From Phoronis australis (taxonomy: Eukaryota; Animalia; Phoronida), in assembly GCA_002633005.1 (NCBI GenBank), contig NMRA01000001.1, positions 2,587,695-2,651,694 of the forward strand: 64,000 bases of DNA, read 5' to 3'. Each line of letters opens with the position of its first letter. The stretch's first letter is position 1. The position numbers were made by a program, and so were the translations under genes. This document shows positions 52,015-64,000 of the stretch, one piece after another. Below the pieces are notes generated by a model. The model saw only the letters and a list, made by a program, of their open reading frames with translations, was not told the DNA's origin and did no database searches.

Positions 52015-53607
52015 GTCTTGAACAATAACGAATCCCGTCCTTTCTTTGCAAGACCAGAAATCGCTGCTTATTTGGGTAAGGAATAAGTTGAGGCCAATTT
52101 CTTAAGGGTTAGTGTTCTAAGTCAAACATTAGTTTTATTGGCACAATGCGATTTTAAAGCTGATATAAGCGTTCCAGTGTTTATTTTTTGTTCATCATTA
52201 CACACACTGATACACAACCAGTTATCTATACATTTTTTCACAAGTCAGTCAGTTACCCTTTATCAGCTTTTTTAATTTGGTATAAATGCAAGCGGTCCGA
52301 GAGTAATTAAATACGTCCATGTTGTGTTGAGACAAGCACTGGATCACTACATCCCCGCAGCTTTTCTCGTGCAAAACACTTAGACAAAACTGTTTGTTTC
52401 TTAAAAACACATTTTGGGCGCGAAACACTGTCGGCTCATCCATAGTCACGTGACCATGACTAATCTTGTTTTGCGTTATGTTCACAAATCAACTCTGAAA
52501 CTTGTACATGTCAAAGTTACCAATTTTTAAGACGTGCGCTTATACACTTAGTTCAGCTTCCATGATGACGTGACTGATACGGGTTGACGCNNNNNNNNNN
52601 NNNNNNNNNNNNNNNNNNNNNNNNNNNNNNNNNNNNNNNNNNNNNNNNNNNNNNNNNNNNNNNNNNNNNNTGTTGCATGCGCCACCCATGAGAATCTTCT
52701 AAAAATGACTCATTTTTTCGCTGCAACCCATTAATTCGTTTGTCCGAAGGGGCTTGTGAACAACTCAACATTAGAGAATGAGACAGCTCATAAGTTCAAC
52801 CACACAACTCCAGCCTAGAGTTCTATGTCCAACTGCACAGAACTCTAGCTCTGGAATGCCAACTTCATCTCGCCGGCGCTGCTCAGGCCGCCCATGCGTG
52901 GCATTTGTTTGCATTATGTTGTTAAGGTGTTGGTTATTTTCATGGAATTTCTGTTACTAAAAATTTTCGGCAACACTGGTATTTCTATCCAATTGCTTTA
53001 GATGGTCATATCAAAACTCTTCGCCAGTTCTTGATTATGGCAGAACTATACATACTTTAATTCATAAATAATTATTATTTTGCATACCTGACTAGTTTAA
53101 AAACCAAAATGCGAAATGTAATAGTAACATAAAAAAGGAAACGAATAAACGACTGACCGAACAACCTGGGAAATCATTTCAATAATTCAAAAGATTTTAT
53201 ACCCTATCTAAACAAAGGTTTTAGAACATAGATCCTTCATAGTTGTTGTGAAAAATTCAGTCGTCCAAAATTATACATCATATATTAATTGGACCTTTGA
53301 TACAGTTCTCAGGAAAAATTCAGGACTGTGGCAGTAACTACAAACTGAAAGTGTAATAAACTAATTACTCCACTTGCCTCCTATCCGAAATTCTTTCGGA
53401 TAGATGAAACAGAAGCAAATAGATATTGTGTAGGTTTGAAAGTTAATGTAGATTGGCTGCAGTTTAGGACTATATTATATTTTTTGTAAATATTATTCTT
53501 CAGAAAGTACAAATTAGCTTTCCTGATTTATGCAGTGTGTGTTACCTTAAACAAGAGACATTGGAATACATTTTTACGATTGTTATGCTACTAAAGAGAG
53601 TGGACTC

Positions 53608-53733
53608 CAGGGGCGGATCCAGGATTTTAAGTTGGGGGGGGGCAAAAATGAATTTTAGCCAGGATTTTGCCCTCACTGANGAATCTGGGAGAATTTTAGG
53701 GGGAGCCATGGCCCCCCTCTAAATCCGCCACTG
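53608..53733. mobile_element. Short MITE (CAGGGGCGGATCCAG family)
   Basis: CAGGGGCGGATCCAG...CTAAATCCGCCACTG termini with a flanking GACTC direct repeat. Related termini occur at 63767-63913 and 3000-3030. Confidence 0.7.
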
Positions 53734-54233
53734 GACTCTGGACTGAAACTAACATTCATCAAATTATACCCGTAACAGTAACACCTGTTCCGTAGTTGTC
53801 AACATTCGAGACGGAAAAAACGGGACATGCCTGACTGAGGGGTACATGATCCGGTCGGGGCTCAAGAGTGAAATGTTTACCGCAACACACAAAAAAACGC
53901 TTTTGAGGCGTTTCTTTTTTGTTGAACGGGAGATGTGCGACAGAGACAGTCATTCAGTCATTACACCCAACAGAGCCTGACGGCGTTTTTTTGTTTAAAA
54001 CTCAAATAGGCAATTGCGGGTGCCTCAGAAACGTCCCGTTAGTTTCTTTTTAGTCAAACGGGGAAATAATGCTTTTTGGCATGGGAAGTTAAAAGCAGTA
54101 TATGATAACATGTCAGTGTCGACGTGTGTCAAAAAGCGGGACCCACTGGCAGGCATAAGTTTGTTGATATAATAGGCCTATTACGGTGGCGGTCTTGTCA
54201 CATGACTAACATGTGATCAACTGTGTCGGCAAT

Positions 54234-57200
54234 ATGGCGGCAATGCGGGATAAGTGTTCGTATTTGGTAAGCAAATGTTGGGGTTTACGGAAGACAAAAG
54301 AAGTTTACAACCATGGTTTAAAGCGTCACTGTTCGTCAATTCAACCAAAAATTTTAGAGGAGGACCTGTCTTCTCAGGTAAGCAATCAGCGAAACCTACT
54401 CAGGGGTCTCCAAGTTTACTGGTCCTGTCTGGAATTGCAAATTTTACTGGTTGAGTACCAACTACAGGGTACCAACCAACTTAGTAACTAAGTAACTGAA
54501 GAGGAATGACATTTTGTTGTTTATTAATAGTGTAATTCAAATGATATGTTATAATATTGCAATTATAAATATGTGTTGTCCATTCCCTGCCGTTCATTTT
54601 CAGGGTTTCATTTGACTTATAGTTCCAATAACTTAGGTTGACCGAAAGAGGTCACACTTATCACGTTAGTAAGGTGTGCTGGAGCATAACACAGTCATGT
54701 GCTGTATGACATTGTTAAGAGACCAGTCTGTGTTACTCGTCAATGGACCTATTGTACAGCATGAATAGATAACATACCAGTTTAAAGCTGACTGATTTTG
54801 AAAAAATATAATTGCCAAAGTTTTATATGTTTTCATTTTCACATCAGATAACAATTGTTGTTTATGCCCACAATTTCTCAAGACATAATATTATGGGATG
54901 GTACCTCATGTAAACTTCCATATGATGAAGCATTAAGTTATCTTGTATAAACAAATTGTAGTGAAATTTCACTTGTCCATCCCATTGTGTACCAAATTGG
55001 TGAGATTTTGCCAATGTCTTAGTTGGGATATTTGATCAACACTTGGCTGGTAAATAAAGCATTGAAAACAATTCTTTGTGTGGAATATTGTGTTAATTCA
55101 TTTGAAAAACTGTTAATATGTCATTAACCAATACCATTGCAGTTCAGAGAGAACTCTGATTTTATCCTGGCATGTATCTTAGTAAGTAACCTGTCCTGTC
55201 TAACATTATTTTTGTGACGTTTACACTCGACAGCATATAGTGCACATGATAATTGACAGAGGAAAGTTTCAAAAGTGTACAACACGTAATTTTTGGCAGC
55301 CCATCTCCCCCTTAACGAACCCATAAATGTTGATTTTGTGCAAATATTCAAAAACTATTACAAAAATATGAGTTTACACCAGTAATTGACCCCCTACATT
55401 TAAACTATTTTTCTTAATTATGGGCTATCGCTATTGACTTGTGAGCACAGCATTGGTTTATTTGGATTTTCTGTTGTCATAATGTTCATGCGTGGTATGA
55501 TTTCAGACTGATTTAACATCTACCTCAAAGAAGCTGCTACCGCATGACATCAGACCTTTTTCGGAGTTTCTTACTGACTCGTTTGGACGAAAACACGATT
55601 ACCTGAGAATATCACTCACAGAGAAATGTAATTTACGTTGTAAGTGTAATCTGTAAATCGAAGGGGTCAGTTAGATGGGCTCTGCCTGGGTTGTTATACA
55701 TCACAAACTGGCCCAACTATCTAGTATCCATTGTCACATTTATTTTACTTTTAAACCTGTATTCCATGCAAGAAGCAAACTTTGGATTTAGACCATTAAC
55801 CACAGACTAAAAATTGGTCTTGGCATGTACCTTACTTTGGACAAAATTGATTTCTCCTTTTGTAAGGAACTGGCAGTTCGTTATTCTTTGAAACCATCCT
55901 CACCACATAAAATGACATGTCTGTCATGTACATTGCCATCCTCTCCACATGGAATGACATGTCTGTCATGTACATTGCCATCCTCTCCAAATGGAATGAC
56001 ATGTCTGTCTTGTACATTGCCATCCTCTCCACATCGTATGACATGTCTGTCATGTGCAAATTGCCACCCTCTCCACATGGAATGACACGTCTGCCACGTA
56101 AATAGCCATCCTCTCCAAATGGAATGACATGTCTGTTATGTATATTGCTTTTCAAACTGTTACAACACCATGCCAACCCACTTGTATATCCTGGTCTCGG
56201 ACAATAACGAATCGTCAGTGACTGGTGTTGACTGCCACTAAAGTCTCGTCCTCACACAGCCTACCCTAGAACAGCTTGCACCCTAGAACAAGTTACTCTT
56301 CCTCAATAAGGTTGAGAAAGTTGTAGCAAATGGTGCAAGCTGCACTACTTTAAGTAGCGTCCACACAGCCTCCAAACCTAGCGACAACTCCTTCCAGGAG
56401 TAACTTGTTCTGGGGTAAGTCTGTTTGTCATTGGTACTGTAGATTGTAAAAATAAAAGAAGTAGTTTCGATTTTCTGTAGAAAAACGGTAGGCTTAAAAC
56501 TGCATTTGGCACTGTTTAGCTTTTTAAATTATTTATCTGCTGTTAAAGTTTCTGTTCATGGAATGCCAAGGAGTTAAGTTGCTAAAAACGAAACCAAAAA
56601 TTCTGATATTATCTTTATTTCCTTACCTTGCTTATGTCAAGTGTTTTGAGCATGTCTTGACCATAGAAAGATAGGTTCATCCTTTGAAAAAATGTGCAAT
56701 CACGTGAATTCATTTTTGATATTCCAAAGGTTGTAAAGTTTCGATTTTTGGTTACAGAAACTTGTGAAATTCTCCTTGATTGAAAGTAGCAGGTACTCAA
56801 TTGCTTGGTCTAAGTAATTTTCCTTTCAATTTTATGAAACAGTGACACTTTCTTTGCAGGCCAGTATTGTATGCCAGAGGATGGGGTTGAACTGACTCCA
56901 AAGCACAACTTACTTTCTGTTGATGAGATAGTTAAACTTTCTCATTTATTCGTACAAGAGGGAGTGAAGAAGATACGCCTGACAGGTGGAGAGCCCCTAG
57001 TGCGTAAAGAACTAGCTGATATAATAGGTGGGTATTTTGTTAAAAATATGTCTTTAAACCCTGACTTTGTGATTTCACTTAAAAATGGGTTTATCACCAG
57101 TCTTTGCCTCCCATGAGATAAAAGCATTTTTCAGCTAAAACTCTATGGCCTTATATCAGAAAGTGGGTACTGTGTGGCATCACAAGGATACTTGAGAATG

Positions 57201-60200
57201 AAATCTGAAATGTGGAGTAAACTCTGCAATTATCATACCCTAATCCACCTTGAACAAAAGCACACAAGGCCTGGTGTTTTATGACTTGTGGTTTCAGTGC
57301 ACTGACAGGACTACTTTTCCACTGACCTGGTTCCTGCAGGTCAGTCTATCATGAATAATGTCGTAGACAAAGTATCTCCTGGTCTGTGTACAGTGTTGCA
57401 CATGGTTCAGATTAATCACCTATGCATTCATGAACAAAATGGTTCTCAAGTGGAGTCGCGTAGTTGTAAAATATACGAATATGACAACTGGAAAAATCAA
57501 CACAAATACTCTCTGTTATGTTCTCATTTCATTAGTTAAATTTGTTTTGATTAGATAAACAAATCATGTCTTGCGGCAAAAACAAGATTGATTTAGTAAT
57601 GAACAGTGGATCAAACTGAACTCATGATACGAAAAATACTGAGTGATTGTTGGGGTAATTATTTCATAAAGATTGTTCTTAACATTTCCACCTGTTTATC
57701 TGGCTAAAAACCTGCATATTGCCTTGTTTAGTTGGCTAAAAAACAAAAATTCGAATTAGGCCTTTTACTCTCATAAAATTGGTCTCGTAATATACCTGAC
57801 TTTGATAGTATTCCATTTTGATTACGTAGCGGAACATCGGAACCATCAGTGACTAAAGAAAAGCTTATTGAGGTTGGCAAACTCTAATATTGCTTACTCA
57901 AAATGGCCCATGCATGCACTGTCTGTGGATTGAGTTGGTAACTAAGTAGCATCCTATCACGCTAAGGGCTAGTGTAGACCAATTTTATGAGTCAGAGTGA
58001 AAGTCCTAATTCGATTTTTGTTTTTTAGCCGACTAAGCAAGGCAATATGCAGGTGTTATTACGAAAAAAAATTTTAAACTTGGACTTTTTTTGGTTAACC
58101 CTTGTTAATCTATCTCTTCATTTTTAGCTCAACTTTCTCAACTCAAGCACATTGGTTTAGAGAGTATTGCCATGACAACTAATGGCCTCACTCTAGCCAA
58201 AAAGCTTCCTGAGTTACAAAAGGCTGGTCTGGACCAGTTAAACATTAGCTTAGATACCCTAGTGCCTCAGAAGTTTGAGTTTGTGACACGGCGGAAAGGC
58301 TGGGACAGAGTGATGAAAGGTCTTCACACTGCTCAGGAGTTAGGTTACAAACCAGTTAAGGTATGTTTGTGTCTGTTTTGTAAGTACCCTAACTATTGCA
58401 GAGTTACACAAGTGTTCATTTTGACTGTTGTAGTGCAAGTTTTATGATTTTAAAGAAATCGAGCCAATTTCCTGTGTGTTATTTTCACATGCAAACTTTT
58501 TTCTCGTCCTTTGCATGCTTGGCAAGCTTCGTTTTTGTAACGAAATTATGATAAGAAATGTTTGTTTGCTAATTTTCGTCTGCTATTAATAAAGATGAAA
58601 TTAAATTTGAAATTTTGAATTTATGTTTCGTAACTAAAGGTGAAATTGCTTCCTGTGTTTTACTTATGTGACTTGTTATGTTTGTTTCTTTTTGACTTTC
58701 AGGTGAACTGTGTGGTAATGAGAGGCCTGAATGATGATGAGATTTGTGACTTTGTGAATCTCACAGAGAATCAGGTATTGATTGCTAAATTTTGCGTTTA
58801 GTAAGCAAAGCTTCACCCTTAAACATATGTATTGTTCGAAATCTTGAGATGTGTTATTAGATAGACTGCAAATTGTCTTCTTTGTATTGCTGTTCTGTTG
58901 TCGTTCAAATATTCTTTTAATTTCATTATTGAAAAATAATCTCTTGCTAAAGGTCTTTAAGATTGAAAAAAGCCATTAAAACAGCCATAATTGTAGAGAG
59001 TGGGGAGAAAACATTTGAAAAGAAAGTTAGCTGTTTTTTATTGCAGATTTAATATCTTGATATTACTAATTGGAGTTTGTCTCTCTGTCAGTAAAGTTGA
59101 TTTGAAATCTGTTTGCAGAATGTTGACGTCCGCTTCATAGAGTACATGCCTTTTGACGGCAACAAGTGGAACTCGAAGAAGATGTTTTCCTATCAAGAAA
59201 TGTTGGCTGTAGTCAAAAACAAGTGGCCAGATCTGCAGAAATTATCCGATCATGCCAACGACACTTCAAAGGTGAGAGAAAGAAAGCTCAACACTTCTAA
59301 CAAGATGAGTGATTGCTAAGTGAAATGTGTTTAAAGCAATGTGTATTTGACTTTTTGCAAGCTCTTTATATCGTCTGCCATGAGAGTTCCAACCATGTCC
59401 AGCTGCATTACAGTTGAAAATCCGGAGTTATAGCTCTGCGAAAGTCTATAATTGCACGCTCCATCTAAGAAGCAGATTTTTTTTATTTACACTGTGTACA
59501 TCTATAAAATTGGTTTTGATTTGTTCCTTACTCAGATGAGAGGTGATTTCTGGGTTTGCAAAAAACTGACAGTTCGTTATTTATTGAAACTATGCTTGAT
59601 GCATAAAATGATGCTATGACTAGACAAGCTTTAGAGCCTTATCTTAAACAATAATGAACTACAAGTTCATTCAAAGCCATGGAATCCTCTCCAAGTTGAC
59701 AAAGCAACAATTTGAATCAATTTCATAACAGCAAGTGGTCTAAACAAAAAGCTGTTTGTGTGATGGAAGGCGGACTTATAACTGCTTCAACTTTGGGGAT
59801 AGTGTCAAGCAAATGAACCGCAATATCAGCAATTTTTTAGAACCGTGTGCTGTCCATTACAAAAATCTCCCATTCGGTTTCAACTCCAGACAACCAGGTT
59901 TTGAATCGAGGGTTAATCCAAATATCGGTCAAGTCCATTGTTAAGTGATACCATGGTCTCTTCAAACTTGGATTTCTAACCATACCAGTCAAGTCTCTTC
60001 ATTGACCCAATTCCAGGCTTATCAAGTACCAGGGTTCAAGGGTCAAATTGGTTTCATTACGTCCATGAGTGAGCATTTCTGTGGCACCTGCAATCGACTG
60101 AGGGTGACTGCTGATGGCAATCTCAAGGTGAGTGGATTAATCTCATGTTATGAGTTTATTGTATTGTTCTCAACAGGCAATACTTATGATTGATGAGTAC

Positions 60201-61845
60201 GTCTCAAAAAAAGTGTTCCATACCCATAAGCATTTGTGGACTTGTATTTCTTGACCCGAGTGTATTTTCATTATGACAAAACCAGCGGTTGCTGTTTGAA
60301 ACTGTTGTTGGAATGTTTTTCCAGTCATTTTTATGTACCCGCATTTTAAGTTACACACAGCAATTATAATTCTACTGAAACCAGTAAAAAATCAGCTTGT
60401 TGAAGGTAAATCTAGCCTGTGAAGCAACCATTCAACTACACTGTGTAATTGACGTGTAAAAAAATTTGCATTCACTTGTTGTATCATTTTCATTGGTGGT
60501 TTCTACACCAAAGTAGATTTTCTAAAATGTGGCACTGTGTAGCAGAGTGCACGTGAATGATAGTTTATTGAAACATCTGTTAGATTTCTTCTTATCAAAA
60601 GCAAACCTTCAGATGAACTGTTTGTTTTTTTGTTTTCCTCCTGACAAAAGGTCTGTTTGTTTGGAAATACCGAGGTGTCCTTGCGTGACGTGATGAGGGC
60701 GGGCACATCAGACGAAAATTTACTGACCATCATTGGTGCAGCTGTGGGCAGAAAGAAGAAGCAGCATGCAGGTGATTAGCTAGTTTTCTCATCAGAATAG
60801 TTTGGAATTTTGTACAACCATACATTCAAAATGTTTATCAGCTCAGGTTTTCCACCACTGCACCCGCGCAAGAAACTCTGATTGAAATGTGCACTGAAGT
60901 TTTCTATTAAATTATCTAATTTGTTTAAGTTGTTGAGTAAGTTAACACGGATGCTTGCATTGGGGTTGTGGTTTCTCCCATTTAAATAGTTGGTAGGGAC
61001 ATGTTGCTAACTCTGGTGGGTATTTTGCTGTCTCAGGTATTGTCTTGGGTGGGTCTTATGCCATCTGAGGTATTGTCTCGGGTAGGTTCTCAACAGCTTT
61101 GAGATATCTGTACCTGTTGGCTTTTAGGTATTGTCTTGGATGGGTAATTCAGAGAAGTGACGACTGGGGGGATGGGGTGGTGACAACTAGTGGGGGGAGA
61201 AATGTTGCCTTGTGTAGGGTTCCCATCACTTGATTTTTTCTCGGGTACTAATGCGCTAAGATTGCGTTGGTTTGAATTTTGACTGCGTGGATGCACATCC
61301 CTATCTATTATTTAGTAGAGAAACCCTGTCACATGGGGTTAACTGCTTTGTTTTGTCTAAGCAAATAAGCGTGAAGCATCTCTGGTTGATTCAAATTTCA
61401 TAACATTTTAATGTCAAATTATAGAATATGTCTACTGGCAGTTTTAGGGAAAAGGGTATACGTATAAAGCTCCGAAAATACCTTCTGCTTAGTCAAGAAA
61501 TTTTTTTCTTAAGAATTGTCCAACTGAATCTTGCAACTTTGAAAAAAAAATGTCGCGGTGCTTGGCTAAGCTTTTCTGATATTCGATTCTAAACTTTGAT
61601 TAGATTACCCCCTTGATATTGTTGTTCTGAATGTTCGGCTGGACTGTGGTCTGATCTTTCCAGTATAGAATGATGTACCTAGTTTTTGTCTGCATGATAA
61701 TGACAAGTAACGCATATTCAAGCAGAGTCTTTATAGTGGTGGCTCCAAGTATTTTATGAAGCTGAACTCTGAACTTGTGATTTTTGCAGGTATGCTCAAC
61801 ATCGCCAAAATGAAGAATAGACCGATGATTCTCATTGGTGGGTGA
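54234..61845 (+). CDS. MOCS1: MOCS1A, GTP 3',8-cyclase (MoaA-like radical SAM), 9 exons, 396 aa
   Basis: Exons 54234-54377, 55507-55639 ([21 protein letters not shown]), 56860-57027 (CQYC completing CxxxCxxC; RLTGGEP), 58128-58360 (MTTNG, NISLDTL), 58703-58774, 59119-59271 (RFIEYMPF), 60017-60127 (FCGTCNRLR), 60651-60771 (VCLF), 61790-61845 ([12 protein letters not shown]). Total 1191 nt. Confidence 0.95.
55894..56148. repeat. 42-bp minisatellite, ~6 copies, inside a foldback MITE
   Basis: Unit approximately CCATCCTCTCCACATGGAATGACATGTCTGTCATGTACATTG. Confidence 0.9.
57710..58054. mobile_element. MITE with ~75-bp terminal inverted repeats
   Basis: ACCTGCATATTGCCTTGTTTAGTTGGCTAAAAAACAAAAATTCGAATTAGG... 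is mirrored by ...CCTAATTCGATTTTTGTTTTTTAGCCGACTAAGCAAGGCAATATGCAGGT. Degenerate relatives at ~25305-25568 and ~27050-27315. Confidence 0.8.
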
Positions 61846-62909
61846 TACGCTGTCGTATGTATACATTATAGTCTTCCTTTTTAGTATTTTTAAGGGACCA
61901 TTAAAAATTTACATCATTTTCACAAGAGAGTACAAAAATACACGTGATATAAAAATAGAATAGACATATTTTAGCAATTTTCATTTCATTTTGTTGTTAA
62001 ATTTGTGACTGAACTACTACTAACAGCCATATGGCAGGAACATTCACAGACAGGTGCTAAGCTCGACAGAAAAGCAAAATGCAAGATAGACAATCTATCT
62101 TTCCACCTTCTTTGTTTTATCTCGAAAAAAGCATTTCGTGTTTCACTTCAGAGGGAGGCATGAAGGGTATGTTTTGTGCCTTGTGAAAAGGGTGAAAATT
62201 TGAACTGTCCTTTACTTAATAAAAATATCTTTGTGTTTAATATCAATTTTCTTAATAATTTTCAAATACTGTAGTTAGACAATTTTAGGTCTGTTTACTG
62301 ACAATTCACAATTCTTTTGTCTCTGAAGGTTTTTACTCTATCTGACATGCCATGCTTTCTACCCAAAAACCAAATTTTGATTCAGGCTACTTGTTGTTAT
62401 GAAAGTGGATTTATCATGTTCCAGACTCAGTTTGGTCATCTTTGGGCTTGGGGAAAACTCACAGCTCCTTATTTCTTCAATCTTTTATCGTGAAATTTCA
62501 GGTCATGTGGTTATCTGAAATTTTATGAGCATTTGTCTAGAAAGCCTAGCAAACTGTCGATTCCTCCACAATCCAGAAATAATTTCTCATCAGAGTAAGG
62601 AGCAATTTAAGACCACTGTTAAAATCGGTAAGTAGCTTATTAAAACTTGGTTTTCGATGGAAAGCATGGATTTAATACTGTTCCAAATTGCCTCCATACC
62701 AAAGAATATAATTTGTAATGCTTTGCAGTGCAGTTGGTTTAGCATGAAAATGGTGTACAATTAGTTAGACTTCTCATGTTTTCCAATACTCTTGTGTTGT
62801 GAAGTAACGTATTCTTTTATCAACATTTTGGTTTCATTTTGTTAAATTACACCGTTCATTCTCCTGAGAAACAGCACCAGGATACTTACTTGGAGTGTTT
62901 TTTTTTCAG

Positions 62910-63694
62910 GAGATGCATTTGCTACCTCACCAACCAATCAAATAAATTACAACGGAGTCAGCAACATGTCTAGAGCTGGAGAAACAGTAAATTTTGGTGG
63001 AATTGCGCATATGTTGCTCAACAACAAGTGTTTGCCCTATCGCTGTCTCAGTAATACACGCACACTGTATACTACTGCCATAACAAGAAGGAAGGATGAT
63101 GATTATTTAGATGTTTCTCAAATGAAATACTGGGAACATCAAAGCGTGAGTGATAGAGAGGGAAATCATCTTATAGAACCTTTTCATGATCCTGCAGAGT
63201 TAGCCGAAAAAGAAGGAATGGAAAATAAGCTGACACATACTGATGTGAATGGCAAAGCCAAAATGGTGAATGTATCTGGTAAGCCAGATACGGAGAGAGT
63301 GGCCATAGCAACGGGGAAAATATTTCTTGGTGAAGAAGCATTTCGACTGGTTAAGGAGAACGCAATTAAGAAAGGCGATGTCCTAACTGTAGGACAGTTA
63401 GCTGGAATTATGGGTGCAAAAAATACGAGTACGTTGATTCCTTTGTGCCATAATATTTCTATATCTGGAGTTCATGTGGAACTGACGTTGCAGCCTGATA
63501 TATATTCGATCTTTATCACTGCAGAAGTGAAAACGGTCGGCAAAACGGGTGTTGAAATGGAGGCTCTGACTGCCGTGTCTGTTGCAGCGCTGACTGTTTA
63601 TGATATGTGCAAAGCAGTGACACGTGAAATGCAGATCTCTGATGTTAAACTTGTGCGAAAGTCAGGCGGGCAACGAGGGGATTATAATTCTTAA
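62910..63694 (+). CDS. MOCS1: MOCS1B, cyclic pyranopterin monophosphate synthase (MoaC-like), terminal exon
   Basis: Acceptor tttttttcag at 62909. Open frame from 62910 (phase 1) contains LTH, KMVNVSGK, KKGDVL, LIPLCH, GKTGVEMEALTAVSVAALTVYDMCKAV and KSGG, ending TAA at 63694. Confidence 0.95.
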
Positions 63695-63766
63695 ATTCTG
63701 TTGAAATTTTTTTATTTACACTGTTGTCTGTAAAATTGTTGTATATCATTGTTGTGTTACTCATGA

Positions 63767-63913
63767 CATAGGCGGATCCAGGGGGTCAAGGGGTACGGAC
63801 CCCCCTTTTCCCTTGATTTTGTGATGTCAAGTCTTGAATTTTCAAATTGGATACCCTTTTTAAAAAATCCTTGATTCGACTTCCCCTTTTAAAAAATCCT
63901 GGATTTGCCCCTG
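63767..63913. mobile_element. Short MITE (same family) just downstream of the MOCS1B stop, probably in the 3' UTR
   Basis: CATAGGCGGATCCAGG...CCTGGATTTGCCCCTG inverted termini. Confidence 0.65.
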
Positions 63914-64000
63914 CTTGAAATTGCTGTAATTATATGTTACAGTAAATTGTTTGTTTTCTAAAATACTGACAAATATCTTCTCACGGAAAAGTCCACAAAA

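Noticed and set aside
55825-56176. Cys-rich repeat ORFs ([14 protein letters not shown])n resembling a metal-binding protein
   Set aside because: 42-bp minisatellite in MOCS1 intron 2, open in several frames on both strands and lying inside a MITE.
60633-60650. Acceptor TTTTCCTCCTGACAAAAG resembling a U12 branch site
   Set aside because: The matching donor is GTGAGT (U2 type), not GTATCCTT.
61843-61845. TGA after GG as selenocysteine or readthrough codon
   Set aside because: GG is the natural MoaA C-terminus, the downstream-donor product is out of frame with MOCS1B, and alternative splicing explains the fusion; no SECIS was recognised.
61842-61847. Third possible donor GG|GTGATA
   Set aside because: Weak consensus, and phase 2 would put exon 10 out of frame with an early stop.

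Overview
AT-rich, intron-rich animal (bilaterian invertebrate-like) genomic DNA with assembly gaps; the organism cannot be named from sequence alone. Five spliced genes were reconstructed by hand from GT..AG boundaries with continuous reading frames. Three are retinol dehydrogenase 11/12/13-type short-chain dehydrogenases: A (minus, 2157-22519, 322 aa), B (plus, 22847-33192, 334 aa) and C (minus, 36102-41081, 327 aa). Next is NRDE2 (plus, 41766-51231, 1155 aa). Last is MOCS1 (plus, 54234-63694), with MoaA-like MOCS1A ending in the conserved GG-stop and MoaC-like MOCS1B reachable only by alternative splicing. A/B and C/NRDE2 are head-to-head. Introns carry many non-autonomous elements: hAT-like MITEs, foldback MITEs with internal minisatellites, a tRNA-derived SINE head, and a Helentron/HINE-like element with about 10 co-oriented CTCF-like motifs at ~150-bp spacing. 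Three apparent tandem duplications, two including an exon, abut N gaps and are most likely both haplotypes assembled in tandem. No prokaryotic-type system (CRISPR, operon) is present. Most short ORFs in the track are spurious or exon fragments.
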